NCBI GenBank assembly: GCA_963675595.2 | Contig: CAXXLZ010000002.1 | Location: 4,384,001 to 4,448,000, forward strand | From: Thermodesulfobacteriota bacterium | GTDB taxonomy: Bacteria > Desulfobacterota > Desulfarculia > JACQYL01 | Length of the DNA stretch: 64,000 nt | Reading direction: 5' to 3' | Shown: positions 21,993 to 31,000 of the stretch, piece after piece | How the letters are laid out: each line of letters begins with the position of its first letter | How positions within the stretch are numbered: the first letter of the stretch is position 1 | Program-made: the position numbers and the translations under genes | Notes under the pieces: model-generated | The model's input: only the letters and a program-made list of their open reading frames with translations | What the model was told of the DNA's origin: nothing | The model's database searches: none

Positions 21993-24131
21993 TTAGTCTA
22001 ACAGCTCAATGGGTGCGTAATCGAGTTCCAAAGTGGTAAGGCCCGTATTTTCGAACTGGACCATGACTTTTCCTTCTCCCTGCAGGCCGATGACCACACC
22101 CAGACCCAATGAGGGATGTCGGACCCTCCGGCCCGTACGAAAACCTTGTCTTCCCTTGCTCGGCGCGGCGGGTATCGAGCCGCCTCGAAGCCTATGAAGC
22201 GTCTTGGCCGCTCCCACGGCGGGCTCGGGTGCGGGCTCCTGTGGTGACGATCCGCACGGCCTGAGGGGATGAAGAAATCGGGATGGTTCCACGGCGGTGA
22301 GGCCTTCTCCCGGACGATAAGCGAAGCGCGGATAGGACAAGTAAAGACGCTCCTTGGAACGGGTCACGGCCACGTAAAGGAGACGACGCTCCTCCTCCAT
22401 TTCTTCCGATTCCTCCATGACCCGCGCGTGGGGGAACCAGCCTTCCGCCACCCAGATCACGAATACGGCCCTCCATTCCAGGCCCTTGGCCGAATGTACC
22501 GTGGAGAGCGTCAGGGAGTCCGGAATTCGGCTTTTCGGGGCGTCCGTTCGAGGAGGCTCGAGCGTCACCTCCGCCAAAAACTCCCTGAGCCTTGAGAATC
22601 GCTCCGCCACATTGAGCAGGGCTTCCAAATGCCACGTGCGCTTATAATGATCTTCGTATTTGTCTTGAAGGATCGGTCGGTAGTATTCAAACGTACGTTC
22701 GAGCTGCGCCCGGGGATTGCCTCGGATATTGGACAAATCCTCGAGGAGTTTGGACAGGTCTTTCAGGCCTGAAATGGAGTCCGCTTTGGGGAAGGTCGCC
22801 AAACCCTCGTAACTTCTTTCTTCCCGCTTCAAGTGGGCGATGATTTTCTGGGCGCGCTTGAGGCCCACGCCTTCCAGCAGCATGAGCACTCGCTGCCAGG
22901 AGTAGAAATCCCTGGGATTCGCCAGGACTCTGAGATGCGCCATGACGTCCTTGATGTGGGCGGCTTCCAGGAACTTGAGCCCTCCGTATTTCACGAAGGG
23001 AATCTCCCGCTTCGCCAGTTCCACTTCGAGATCGTAGGAATGTTGACTGCCTCGGAAGAGCACCGCAATGTCATCGGGACGATAGCCTTGTTCCAGAAGT
23101 TCCGAGATTTCCCGGACCACGAAAAGCGTCTGCTGATGTTCGCTTTCAGTGCATCGGATTGCCGGCGAGGGTCCTTGACCTCTTCGGGTGAACAGACACT
23201 TGGTGTATCTTTCCCGAGCCTCGCTCATGATCAGGTTCGCGGCGTCCAACACGGCTTGGGTGGAACGGTAATTCTCTTCCAGTTTGATGATGCGTGTTTC
23301 CGGAAAACGGTGAGGAAATTCGATGATGTTTTTGAAGCGGGCGCCCCTAAAGGAGTAGATGGATTGGCAGTCGTCGCCGACGACTACCAGGTTCTTGTCC
23401 GGTCCGGCCAGAAGGGCGACGAGATCGTTTTGAATGGGATTGGTATCCTGAAACTCGTCCACCAGGACGTACGAATGTCGCTGATTGACGGCTCTTTGAA
23501 CCCACTCGGATTCCTGAAGCAGTTTCCGGAAGAACACCAGCAGGTCGTCGTAGTCCAATAAGTTATCGAGACGTTTGTATTCGGCGTAGCGATCCCTCAG
23601 GCGGAGGATGTCATCCATGAACCGTTCGAGTCGGCGTCCCTGACGGGCGGCGATCTCCTCCAGAGGTTCGGCGAGATTCACTTCCGCGCTGAACAGATCC
23701 ATCAGGGTGCCTTTGGTGGGGAAGTGAAGTTCCCTGCGGTGGAGTTCCATTTCCTTGCGGAGCCAGGATATGATTTCCTCGGAGTCGGACCGGTCCAAGA
23801 TGGTGAAATCCTGTGGAATCCCGATCTCGGGTCCGAACGTTCTGAGCACTCTGTTGGCCGTGGAGTGGAAGGTGCCGCCCTGGACCAGGCCGCATCTGCT
23901 GTCCAGGAGTTCCGCGGCGCGGTTCAGCATTTCCTCCGACGCCCGACGTGTGAAGGTGAGCAGCAGAATGGACGCCGGATGCACACCGGAGTCCACCAGT
24001 CGGGCCACCCGGTAAACCAGGGTGCGCGTCTTGCCGCTGCCCGCCCCCGCGATGACCAGGGCGGGACCTCCGCCGTGCATGACGGCCTCATATTGAGCCG
24101 GATTCAGAACTTCGTCGTATGGAATGGACAT
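21993..24131 (-). CDS. UvrD/PcrA/Rep family ATP-dependent DNA helicase
   Basis: AGAGSGKT, VLVDEFQD, VGDDCQSIYSFRGA, LEENYRS, TVHSAKGLE, EERRLLYVAVTR. Confidence 0.94.
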   Translation of the reverse strand: MSIPYDEVLNPAQYEAVMHGGGPALVIAGAGSGKTRTLVYRVARLVDSGVHPASILLLTFTRRASEEMLNRAAELLDSRCGLVQGGTFHSTANRVLRTFGPEIGIPQDFTILDRSDSEEIISWLRKEMELHRRELHFPTKGTLMDLFSAEVNLAEPLEEIAARQGRRLERFMDDILRLRDRYAEYKRLDNLLDYDDLLVFFRKLLQESEWVQRAVNQRHSYVLVDEFQDTNPIQNDLVALLAGPDKNLVVVGDDCQSIYSFRGARFKNIIEFPHRFPETRIIKLEENYRSTQAVLDAANLIMSEARERYTKCLFTRRGQGPSPAIRCTESEHQQTLFVVREISELLEQGYRPDDIAVLFRGSQHSYDLEVELAKREIPFVKYGGLKFLEAAHIKDVMAHLRVLANPRDFYSWQRVLMLLEGVGLKRAQKIIAHLKREERSYEGLATFPKADSISGLKDLSKLLEDLSNIRGNPRAQLERTFEYYRPILQDKYEDHYKRTWHLEALLNVAERFSRLREFLAEVTLEPPRTDAPKSRIPDSLTLSTVHSAKGLEWRAVFVIWVAEGWFPHARVMEESEEMEEERRLLYVAVTRSKERLYLSYPRFAYRPGEGLTAVEPSRFLHPLRPCGSSPQEPAPEPAVGAAKTLHRLRGGSIPAAPSKGRQGFRTGRRVRHPSLGLGVVIGLQGEGKVMVQFENTGLTTLELDYAPIELLD

Positions 24132-24162
24132 GAAAAAAGACCTCCCCGGTCGCCGAGCCGGC

Positions 24163-24179
24163 TTGGCATTGGAATTGCT
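24163..24179 (+). promoter_or_regulatory. candidate sigma-54 promoter
   Basis: TTGGCATTGGAATTGCT, a near-consensus GG-N10-GC about 40 nt before GTG 24221 and its AAGGAGGAG RBS. Confidence 0.7.
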
Positions 24180-24220
24180 TTAAGTTTGATTGATGATTCG
24201 ATGCCCAAGGAGGAGCTACA

Positions 24221-25306
24221 GTGACTTCCGTCATCGGCATCGGGGATCCGTACGCCCTGACCCCAAGGATTCGCGCCGAGCAGACAGGCGACGGATTTGC
24301 GGCGGATTTGGATACAGCCCAAACGGACGCCCTGTTACAGACGACGAAGCAGTATGACAGATGGAGGGATTTGCGTCAAAAGAATCCCGAGAGCGCCAAA
24401 ATCGTGGCGGATCTGGTGGTCCGCCGTCACGCCCTTCTCGAAGAGGCGCGGGCGGGAAAGCCGGTGAATGCGGGGAAGTTCGATGAACTGACCGGCCGAT
24501 TAAGGCGCCATGGAATTTTTCTGTACAGAACCGATCAGTTCACGGAACCCGTATTTCAAGGGAAACAACCTCGAATTGCGACTTCCGCTCCGGATTATGC
24601 CGGAAGTAAGGTTGGTCTAAGCCTTCCTTATCCCCTCTCCTCAACGATTCCTTTGGAACTCTCCGCTTTTTCCCCCGAGTCCGGGGAGAATTCAACTCCG
24701 CTTCCCAACGATCCGGAACTCCAAGACAGACTCGTTCGATTGGCGCGTGAAAACTACCTCGGCGTTCGGTCGAATGAAAAAGACTGCTACAATTTCTTGG
24801 TGGAGGTACTGGAGGATTCGGGGATATCCTACTATGGGAGTAACGGAATTCGGGAGCGTCTGGTAAATCGGGCCGCACAAGACGGTGTGAGTCCTTATCG
24901 TTATCTGACCGGCGAGGACCTGACCTCCCAGCTCTGCAGCAATCCTTTTCGGCTGCACGTACCCAAAGGGAGCGGGGACAAAGCCTCCCAAGTGTGGCGG
25001 CGTCTGGCTCCGGGGCTGGCTCACGGCGCTCTTCTGTCCATATCTTCCCAGGAATTCGGACACACCGGCATTGTGGCCCGCAAGGACGGCCGATGGACGT
25101 TTCTCAACTCCGCGCGGACGGCCGCGAATGGGAAGCGCGGCTATTTGGTGAAGGAAGAGGAATTGAGGAGTGAGCTTCAAGGATGGCTGGACCGGGCCGG
25201 AAGACGCGATTCCTTTTTGGACATCACTTTGGGTGTTCCTGAACAGCGACAGGCTCTCCGGTTCGGTCCGCCGGAAGGTTCAAAAGGGTTGACAGCCTCG
25301 ACTTGA
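24221..25306 (+). CDS. hypothetical protein with C-terminal NlpC/P60-like (papain-fold) domain
   Basis: YLGV...KDCYNFL, GALL...GHTGIV, FLNS pattern; strong RBS; no signal peptide. Confidence 0.6.
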   Translation: MTSVIGIGDPYALTPRIRAEQTGDGFAADLDTAQTDALLQTTKQYDRWRDLRQKNPESAKIVADLVVRRHALLEEARAGKPVNAGKFDELTGRLRRHGIFLYRTDQFTEPVFQGKQPRIATSAPDYAGSKVGLSLPYPLSSTIPLELSAFSPESGENSTPLPNDPELQDRLVRLARENYLGVRSNEKDCYNFLVEVLEDSGISYYGSNGIRERLVNRAAQDGVSPYRYLTGEDLTSQLCSNPFRLHVPKGSGDKASQVWRRLAPGLAHGALLSISSQEFGHTGIVARKDGRWTFLNSARTAANGKRGYLVKEEELRSELQGWLDRAGRRDSFLDITLGVPEQRQALRFGPPEGSKGLTAST

Positions 25307-25375
25307 GATTCTTAGGTTAATCGGGTGCCGATGCCCCGACAGGCCGGCAAATTCTAATGAGGAGAGTTGAACAAC

Positions 25376-25699
25376 ATGGACATCCCGGAAGAGCACAAAG
25401 AATTACTGCGGAAGCTGGGAATCGGAGACGACGATTTTCGCCTGTTCGACGGAGTCAAGGTAAGTTACGAATTCGATCCGGACAGAGGGGTCCGTTTGTA
25501 CGATCCTGCATACCGGACTTCCTATGGGGGCTACATAGAGCTGGAAGGGTGGTCCTCCTGGAGCAGCGAAGACGACCGATTTATGGAGGAGCTTTTTCCG
25601 GACGGGTTGCCGGGTCGGCCTTCCGATAAAGAGATGACCGTGAGTCGAGAGGAGGCCGAACGACTGATAAAGGAGTTCCGTGACAAACAAGCCAAATGA
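25376..25699 (+). CDS. hypothetical protein (acidic, cytoplasmic)
   Basis: GAGGAG RBS, protein-like composition; stop overlaps next start (ATGA). Confidence 0.7.
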   Translation: MDIPEEHKELLRKLGIGDDDFRLFDGVKVSYEFDPDRGVRLYDPAYRTSYGGYIELEGWSSWSSEDDRFMEELFPDGLPGRPSDKEMTVSREEAERLIKEFRDKQAK

Positions 25700-26106
25700 G
25701 GGAGCCCGTGGACCAAAGAGTTCGGATTTTGCTGGACAAGGCTTTTCGTGTGGTGCCGGGAGGCGAATACAACGAAGTGCGGCGGCAACTCGTTTCGGAT
25801 CCGGAAAAGCCCGGCATGGTATGCGAGGCGGTGGTTCCGGATGGAGGGTGGGAGAAGCTCAAAGAAGCCGTTTATCCCGCCCAGTGTCGCTATCTGAAAG
25901 TCAAAGGAGTCGATCCCGCGAACCCGGGAGATACGGTGGTGGCCCTGTTCCACGAGGATTCGTTCCACCTGGTTCGAGGCGGGGATTTCATCACGGCCTT
26001 CTTGGAGATTGAGGGAATCGATCCGGCGACCTTCCGCAATATCCTGAGCGGTTGGCTTGATCCGGACAAAGCGGTTCTTGGGTCAAAAATAGAGCTTCTG
26101 GCGTGA
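25696..26106 (+). CDS. hypothetical protein
   Basis: AAGGAG RBS, coupled to the upstream ORF, globular composition. Confidence 0.7.
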   Translation: MREPVDQRVRILLDKAFRVVPGGEYNEVRRQLVSDPEKPGMVCEAVVPDGGWEKLKEAVYPAQCRYLKVKGVDPANPGDTVVALFHEDSFHLVRGGDFITAFLEIEGIDPATFRNILSGWLDPDKAVLGSKIELLA

Positions 26107-26176
26107 AAGGGTCAATCCCCCCTTCCCGGAGACCCGCAGGCAGGCGGTCCCCGGGAAACCCTACAAGAATACACGG

Positions 26177-26470
26177 TCAGCGATCGGACTCGTCGATGAT
26201 TTCCTGAGTGCCCATCCTCTGCCCGGTCATAGGATCAATCCATCCCCTGGAAGGCCTTGTTTTTATTCGGCTCTTATCGATGGCGGTGCCGCTGTAAGGG
26301 TCCACGACGCGCACCGAGTCTTTCTTCAGCGTTCTTTTGGGAACACCCATAGTCATTCCCGTGTAAGGATCCACCGTTTCCGGGCTTCCCGCCCAAACCG
26401 ACTCCAAGGCCGGTGAGCACAGGAGGATTCCCGAACAAAGAGCAATCTGCACGGCTTTTCGAGTATTCAT
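26177..26470 (-). CDS. small exported protein with three DPx(T/S)G repeats
   Basis: AAGGAG RBS, signal peptide, VDPYTG / VDPYSG / IDPMTG. Confidence 0.7.
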   Translation of the reverse strand: MNTRKAVQIALCSGILLCSPALESVWAGSPETVDPYTGMTMGVPKRTLKKDSVRVVDPYSGTAIDKSRIKTRPSRGWIDPMTGQRMGTQEIIDESDR

Positions 26471-26873
26471 CGTTCTCCTTTCTCATTTATATTTTCCTAC
26501 GGCCGGCTCGGGAAAAAGGCTCTATTACGCTTCTTGAATAAAGCGCTTTCTTCACCCCGCCACTGAGCGTGGTTGCGGTCGACCGTCGGTTTGGTGCCGA
26601 TTGAGCATGTCCGCTCTCATTTGGTATAGATAGAAGTTCATGGGAAAAGTTACGCCTCTTTACATTAATATGGATTTGATGGTTCATTTACAACCGGGCC
26701 GAAGAAATTGTGGGGGGATCCCGGGGGGGGCCGGATCTATTCCGCAGCCGGATATCCGACCTTACCGTTCCGTTTCGGCCCAAAGATCATACGGATAGGA
26801 GCCGGGGCCGCACGGGTCGGCACGGGGCCCCTTATCTCAACCATAACAACTTACGTAATGGAGAAGTTCGGCC

Positions 26874-27599
26874 ATGGCGAAACTTGGACTTGCGGCGGGA
26901 ACCGTACTATTCGGATTGAACCGGTTTTTGGATGCGGAAGAGGTTCGTATCGAGACTTCCTTCGGCGAGGCCGTGGTTTTCGTAGGGGAGGACTTCGCGT
27001 TCATTCCTCGCCACGGGAAAGAAGGAGACGAATACATCATGCCGCACCTGATTAATCACGCGGCCAACCTCACGGCTCTAAAGCAGGTTGGAGCCGATTC
27101 CGTGCTGGGAATCTACTCCACGGGCAGCCTGCTTCGATCCCTGGTACCTGGGACCATCGTGGTCCCCGACGATTTCATCGCATTGTACGACGTTCCGTCG
27201 GCCGTCTTGGGGGAGGAAAAACACATTACGCCGGCCATGAGTTCCGAACTTAGAACCGGGGTCATTCAAGCGGGGCGGAACGCAGGAGTCGAGATTCGGG
27301 ACGGAGGAGTCTACTGGCAGAACACGGGCCCCAGGCTGGAGACCAAGGCGGAGATTCGAATGATGGCCCAATTCGCACAGCTTGTGGGCATGACCATGGC
27401 GGGGGAAGCCACTGTCGCCATGGAAATCGGTCTTCCTTTTGCCGCCCTGTGTTCCGTGGACAACTACGCGAACGGGCTCACCTCACAGCCTCTTTCCGAG
27501 GCCGCGATCCGGGAGGGGGCCGCCAAAAACGCGGAAATCATGCTTCGGGTGGTGGACGAGTTCATGGCGATTCGCAGGAAAGGGGAGGAAGTCCGGTAG
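26874..27599 (+). CDS. MTAP-family purine nucleoside phosphorylase (methylthioadenosine/methylthioinosine phosphorylase)
   Basis: IPRHG, PHLINHAAN, GPRLETKAE, VGMTMAGE, VDNYANG. Confidence 0.9.
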   Translation: MAKLGLAAGTVLFGLNRFLDAEEVRIETSFGEAVVFVGEDFAFIPRHGKEGDEYIMPHLINHAANLTALKQVGADSVLGIYSTGSLLRSLVPGTIVVPDDFIALYDVPSAVLGEEKHITPAMSSELRTGVIQAGRNAGVEIRDGGVYWQNTGPRLETKAEIRMMAQFAQLVGMTMAGEATVAMEIGLPFAALCSVDNYANGLTSQPLSEAAIREGAAKNAEIMLRVVDEFMAIRRKGEEVR

Positions 27600-27711
27600 T
27601 TCTCGCAGGCGGGCGGACGTGACGGGGCTCTGCATACGACATGAAATCCTTACGGGGATTTTCGAGGTCCCGGAAAGAGGTTCCTTCCATGGGCTCGAGT
27701 TGGGATCTCGG

Positions 27712-28395
27712 TCAGCCTCGGGAGGTGGTTTCTTTGTGCGCGGATGTGGGTGCCGGCGTTTCGGGAACAAATTTCGCGAGCACTTCTCGATAGCACACCA
27801 CCGCCCAGATCAGGAACGGAAACAGCTGGGCGCGAAAGTGTTGGAACAGGATGAAGAACCAGCGCGTGATCGCGGCGTCGGCGTATCCGAACCGCATGTT
27901 CAAGGCGGCCGCATACCAGGTCATGTAGTAGGTTCTGATTTCCACCACGATATTGAACACATGGGTCAGGAACAGAACGGCGCAGGACAGTGCGAGGTAT
28001 CGAAAACGTCGACGTAGGGTAAGGCCCGGGGTGGCGAGGATGAGCGCCAAGGTCAGCGGAACGTTGGATGATATCAAGGAAGCTGAAATGACGGGGGTCG
28101 AGGCCCCCGGTTTCCAGACGACTTCCGAAGGCTTCAACATCATGCCCCACCCTTCGAGGGCCAGATCCACCGGATGTGCCGAAAAAATCAGATTAAAGGC
28201 GCCTTGGCCGGCGAACCGGAGGAACCTCCAATAGGTTTCCTGAAAAGGGGCGAGCAATACGACCAGAACGGCGTATGCCAGACCGATCCTAAGCAGAAAC
28301 CACAGTGCGTCCCGCAGTCGTCGGGTCCAAGGCCCAACGGGCCCAGAGGAGCCACATGACGACCGCGCACGCGATGACCAGGGATTGAGCGACAT
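27712..28395 (-). CDS. exosortase H-associated membrane protein-like; start uncertain
   Basis: Multi-TM ORF with NVPLTLALILATP; directly follows and overlaps the exosortase gene. Confidence 0.65.
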   Translation of the reverse strand: MSLNPWSSRARSSCGSSGPVGPWTRRLRDALWFLLRIGLAYAVLVVLLAPFQETYWRFLRFAGQGAFNLIFSAHPVDLALEGWGMMLKPSEVVWKPGASTPVISASLISSNVPLTLALILATPGLTLRRRFRYLALSCAVLFLTHVFNIVVEIRTYYMTWYAAALNMRFGYADAAITRWFFILFQHFRAQLFPFLIWAVVCYREVLAKFVPETPAPTSAHKETTSRG

Positions 28396-28825
28396 AAATA
28401 TGGGTCTGGTAAAACACGTCCGGGAGGTACAGAGCCACGAAAACGAGAAGGAGAATGCGGCCCACGTTGATCGTCCAAATCACCGCGGCCCCTATGAGCA
28501 TGCCGGCGATTTTTCGACGGAAAGGCGAAGGGAAAGCCAGCACCGCCGACAGGTAGATAATGAACGCTATCACTCCGTTACATTCGTGAGATATCCGGAG
28601 GTGCAGAGAAGGGGCCTTCAGATCGGCGCCGTCGATTTCAACCGGGATCGAGAACAGCTTCACCACACCCGTTACGGTCTTGACCACACTGTCCGTGACG
28701 GGGCCCGCGATGTCCACCCGACGAAGCACGACGTCAAAGGTGGTCAGGCTGTAAAAAAGCGAGACCCAGGCGATAAACACGAGACAGAATTTGAAAGCTG
28801 CCCGCCGACGCGGGGAAAATTTCAT
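28289..28825 (-). CDS. exosortase/archaeosortase family protein (exosortase H-like)
   Basis: Short TM protein with Cys-Arg-His triad: HECNG, INVGRI, THIY; AVLAFP motif. Confidence 0.85.
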   Translation of the reverse strand: MKFSPRRRAAFKFCLVFIAWVSLFYSLTTFDVVLRRVDIAGPVTDSVVKTVTGVVKLFSIPVEIDGADLKAPSLHLRISHECNGVIAFIIYLSAVLAFPSPFRRKIAGMLIGAAVIWTINVGRILLLVFVALYLPDVFYQTHIYVAQSLVIACAVVMWLLWARWALDPTTAGRTVVSA

Positions 28826-28859
28826 AACGGGGGCCTTTGGCCGTAACTCCGACCACCAT

Positions 28860-28976
28860 CAGGGTGTTGAAAAACGCGATCCGCGGCGTTGAGCTTCATC
28901 CCTTGTTACTGCGACGTGTTTCTATCTGCGCCTCGGGATTTACGCGCCCTGCCTCTCATGGGTTTTCACCGGCCTG
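28860..28976. mobile_element. ~117-bp MITE-like/palindromic element
   Basis: Left end CAGGGTGTTGAAAAAC versus reverse complement of right end CAGGCCGGTGAAAACC (12/16); partial internal self-complementarity; no coding capacity. Confidence 0.55.
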
Positions 28977-29219
28977 CTGAATCTCCCGGCACTTCGAAAC
29001 GACGAACGAACTGCGCGAGCGATATGCGGGCCCTCCAAAAATCGACCCGCGCGCATCAAAAAGATACGGTCCTATGCACCACATCGATTACTTGCCCGAA
29101 GGAGAATGCCGCGCGTGGGGAAATAGTGTCAGATGCGGGGCCCGGTGTCAAATCACGGATGAGCCGAGTCTTCGAAAACCGCGCGACAAAGAATCCTCGA
29201 AGACTCTCCATTTGATCGT

Positions 29220-30818
29220 TCAGCCGCCGACCAGGAATCGTTCTACGGGATCCAGCGGAATTTTGTACGCGAACAGGTTGATATACGACTGCGGTGTGAA
29301 GTTCAGCTTCCGTTCCACGTACGGGTCGTTGAGAGAAAAATACCGAACCACGGCCCCGGAGGGCGGGTCGGCCTGCTCCACGATGGACCGAGAGGTGTTG
29401 CCGGACAGGAATATCCAGATCTCTTGGGCATCCGCTACCGTCTCCGTCACTTCATTAGGAGTGGTTTCCGTAGTAATATAAAGTCGTCTTCCTTGAAGAG
29501 CCGGAAGGATTTTGTAGAAGCGTTCCACGTCGGACAGGACGGCGAGCCTTCCCTGCGGGACCGCCGGGAATTGCACAGCGTCCGGATTGGTCTCCAGAGC
29601 CTCCCACATGATTTCATCGCTGAAGGAGACATCTCGCGGGCGCCTGAGGTTCTGGCTCAGTTGATCCTCGGGCAGACCATACCATCGGCAGCGCTTCTTG
29701 TGCAGCAATACTCTTCGAACCGATTCATCGATGCGATCCATGGGCAGTTCTCCGTCCTCGGCCGCCCGAGTCACCGATTCCACGATTTCCTCGAAAGTGA
29801 AGGGGCAGGGAAGGTTGTCGGAAAACAGCAGCAGGTCGCAGCCGGAACGGATCATGCGCACCGCCAGTGAGGGCAGGTGAAAATGGTCCGACAAGGCCTT
29901 CATCTCAATTGCGTCGCTGACGATCACCCCCTGGAATCCGATCTCCTCTCGCAGCAGACCCTGAAGGACGGCCTCCGATGCGGTGGCCGGATATTGAGGA
30001 TCGATTTCCGGGAACAAGATGTGGGCGGTCATGACGAAATCCACGCCGGCGTCCACCGCGGCTCGGAAGGGGACCAGTTCCACGGCCCGAAGCTCTTCCA
30101 GGCTTTTGTAGATCACGGGTAGTTCCAGATGGGAATCCGTGGCCGTGTCGCCGTGGCCGGGAAAGTGTTTGGCACATGGAAGAATTCCCGCTTCCTGGTA
30201 ACCCGCGACCGAGGCGGAAACCATCTCCGCCACGAGATCGGGGTCTTCGCCGAAACTGCGGCTTCCGATGATCGGATTGTCCGGATTGCTGTTGACGTCG
30301 GAAACCGGGGCCAAGTTGACCTGGATTCCCAATACACTCAACTCGCGGCCCGTGATGCGCGAGGCTCTGCGGGTTTTGTACGGGTCTCCGATCTTTCCCA
30401 AAGCGTAGTTTCCCGGAAAGAGGGTCACTCCTTCCTCGAGACGCTGAACGCGCCCCTGTTCCTGGTCGATATAGAATAGGACGGGGATGGCCAAACCCTC
30501 GTCAAGGGCCCGATCCTGCACCGCCTTGGTCAGGCGGACCGTGGAAATCGGGTCGGGAGTGTTCTTGGAGAAGAGAACGAATCCGCCCACGTTCAGTTCA
30601 TGGATTCGGCGGACGGTCCCGGCGTCGAGTTCCGTTCCGGGAATGCCCACCACGAAGAGTTGGCCGATCTTCTGTCTCAGGGTCATGCGCTCCAGTACCT
30701 GTTCAACGGTCAGTCCCGTGAAATTGGTTCGCGAGTCGTCCCCGCAGGCCGCGAGGAAAAGGGATGCGGAAAGCAGGATGCAAACCGGGATAAACCGGAC
30801 AAGAAGACGGGAAAACAT
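29220..30818 (-). CDS. nagZ: GH3 beta-N-acetylhexosaminidase lipoprotein
   Basis: IDQEQGRV, RSFG, KHFPGHGDTATDSH, MTAH, SDAIEM; lipobox LAAC. Confidence 0.9.
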   Translation of the reverse strand: MFSRLLVRFIPVCILLSASLFLAACGDDSRTNFTGLTVEQVLERMTLRQKIGQLFVVGIPGTELDAGTVRRIHELNVGGFVLFSKNTPDPISTVRLTKAVQDRALDEGLAIPVLFYIDQEQGRVQRLEEGVTLFPGNYALGKIGDPYKTRRASRITGRELSVLGIQVNLAPVSDVNSNPDNPIIGSRSFGEDPDLVAEMVSASVAGYQEAGILPCAKHFPGHGDTATDSHLELPVIYKSLEELRAVELVPFRAAVDAGVDFVMTAHILFPEIDPQYPATASEAVLQGLLREEIGFQGVIVSDAIEMKALSDHFHLPSLAVRMIRSGCDLLLFSDNLPCPFTFEEIVESVTRAAEDGELPMDRIDESVRRVLLHKKRCRWYGLPEDQLSQNLRRPRDVSFSDEIMWEALETNPDAVQFPAVPQGRLAVLSDVERFYKILPALQGRRLYITTETTPNEVTETVADAQEIWIFLSGNTSRSIVEQADPPSGAVVRYFSLNDPYVERKLNFTPQSYINLFAYKIPLDPVERFLVGG

Positions 30819-31000
30819 GGGGGCTCCGGAATTGGTTGAAGAGAATGTGCAAGGCGTAAGCTCTCGACGAATGTATTCCTCATGGTCGAAGGGAACAAGT
30901 GGTTTGTTGAGAGATGATCGGCACCGGAAGCTTCCGGCTTGAGTGCCGCGAGGCAAGGCGTGAGTCGCCAAGCGTCCTGGGGATGCAGCTGATGGAGAAT

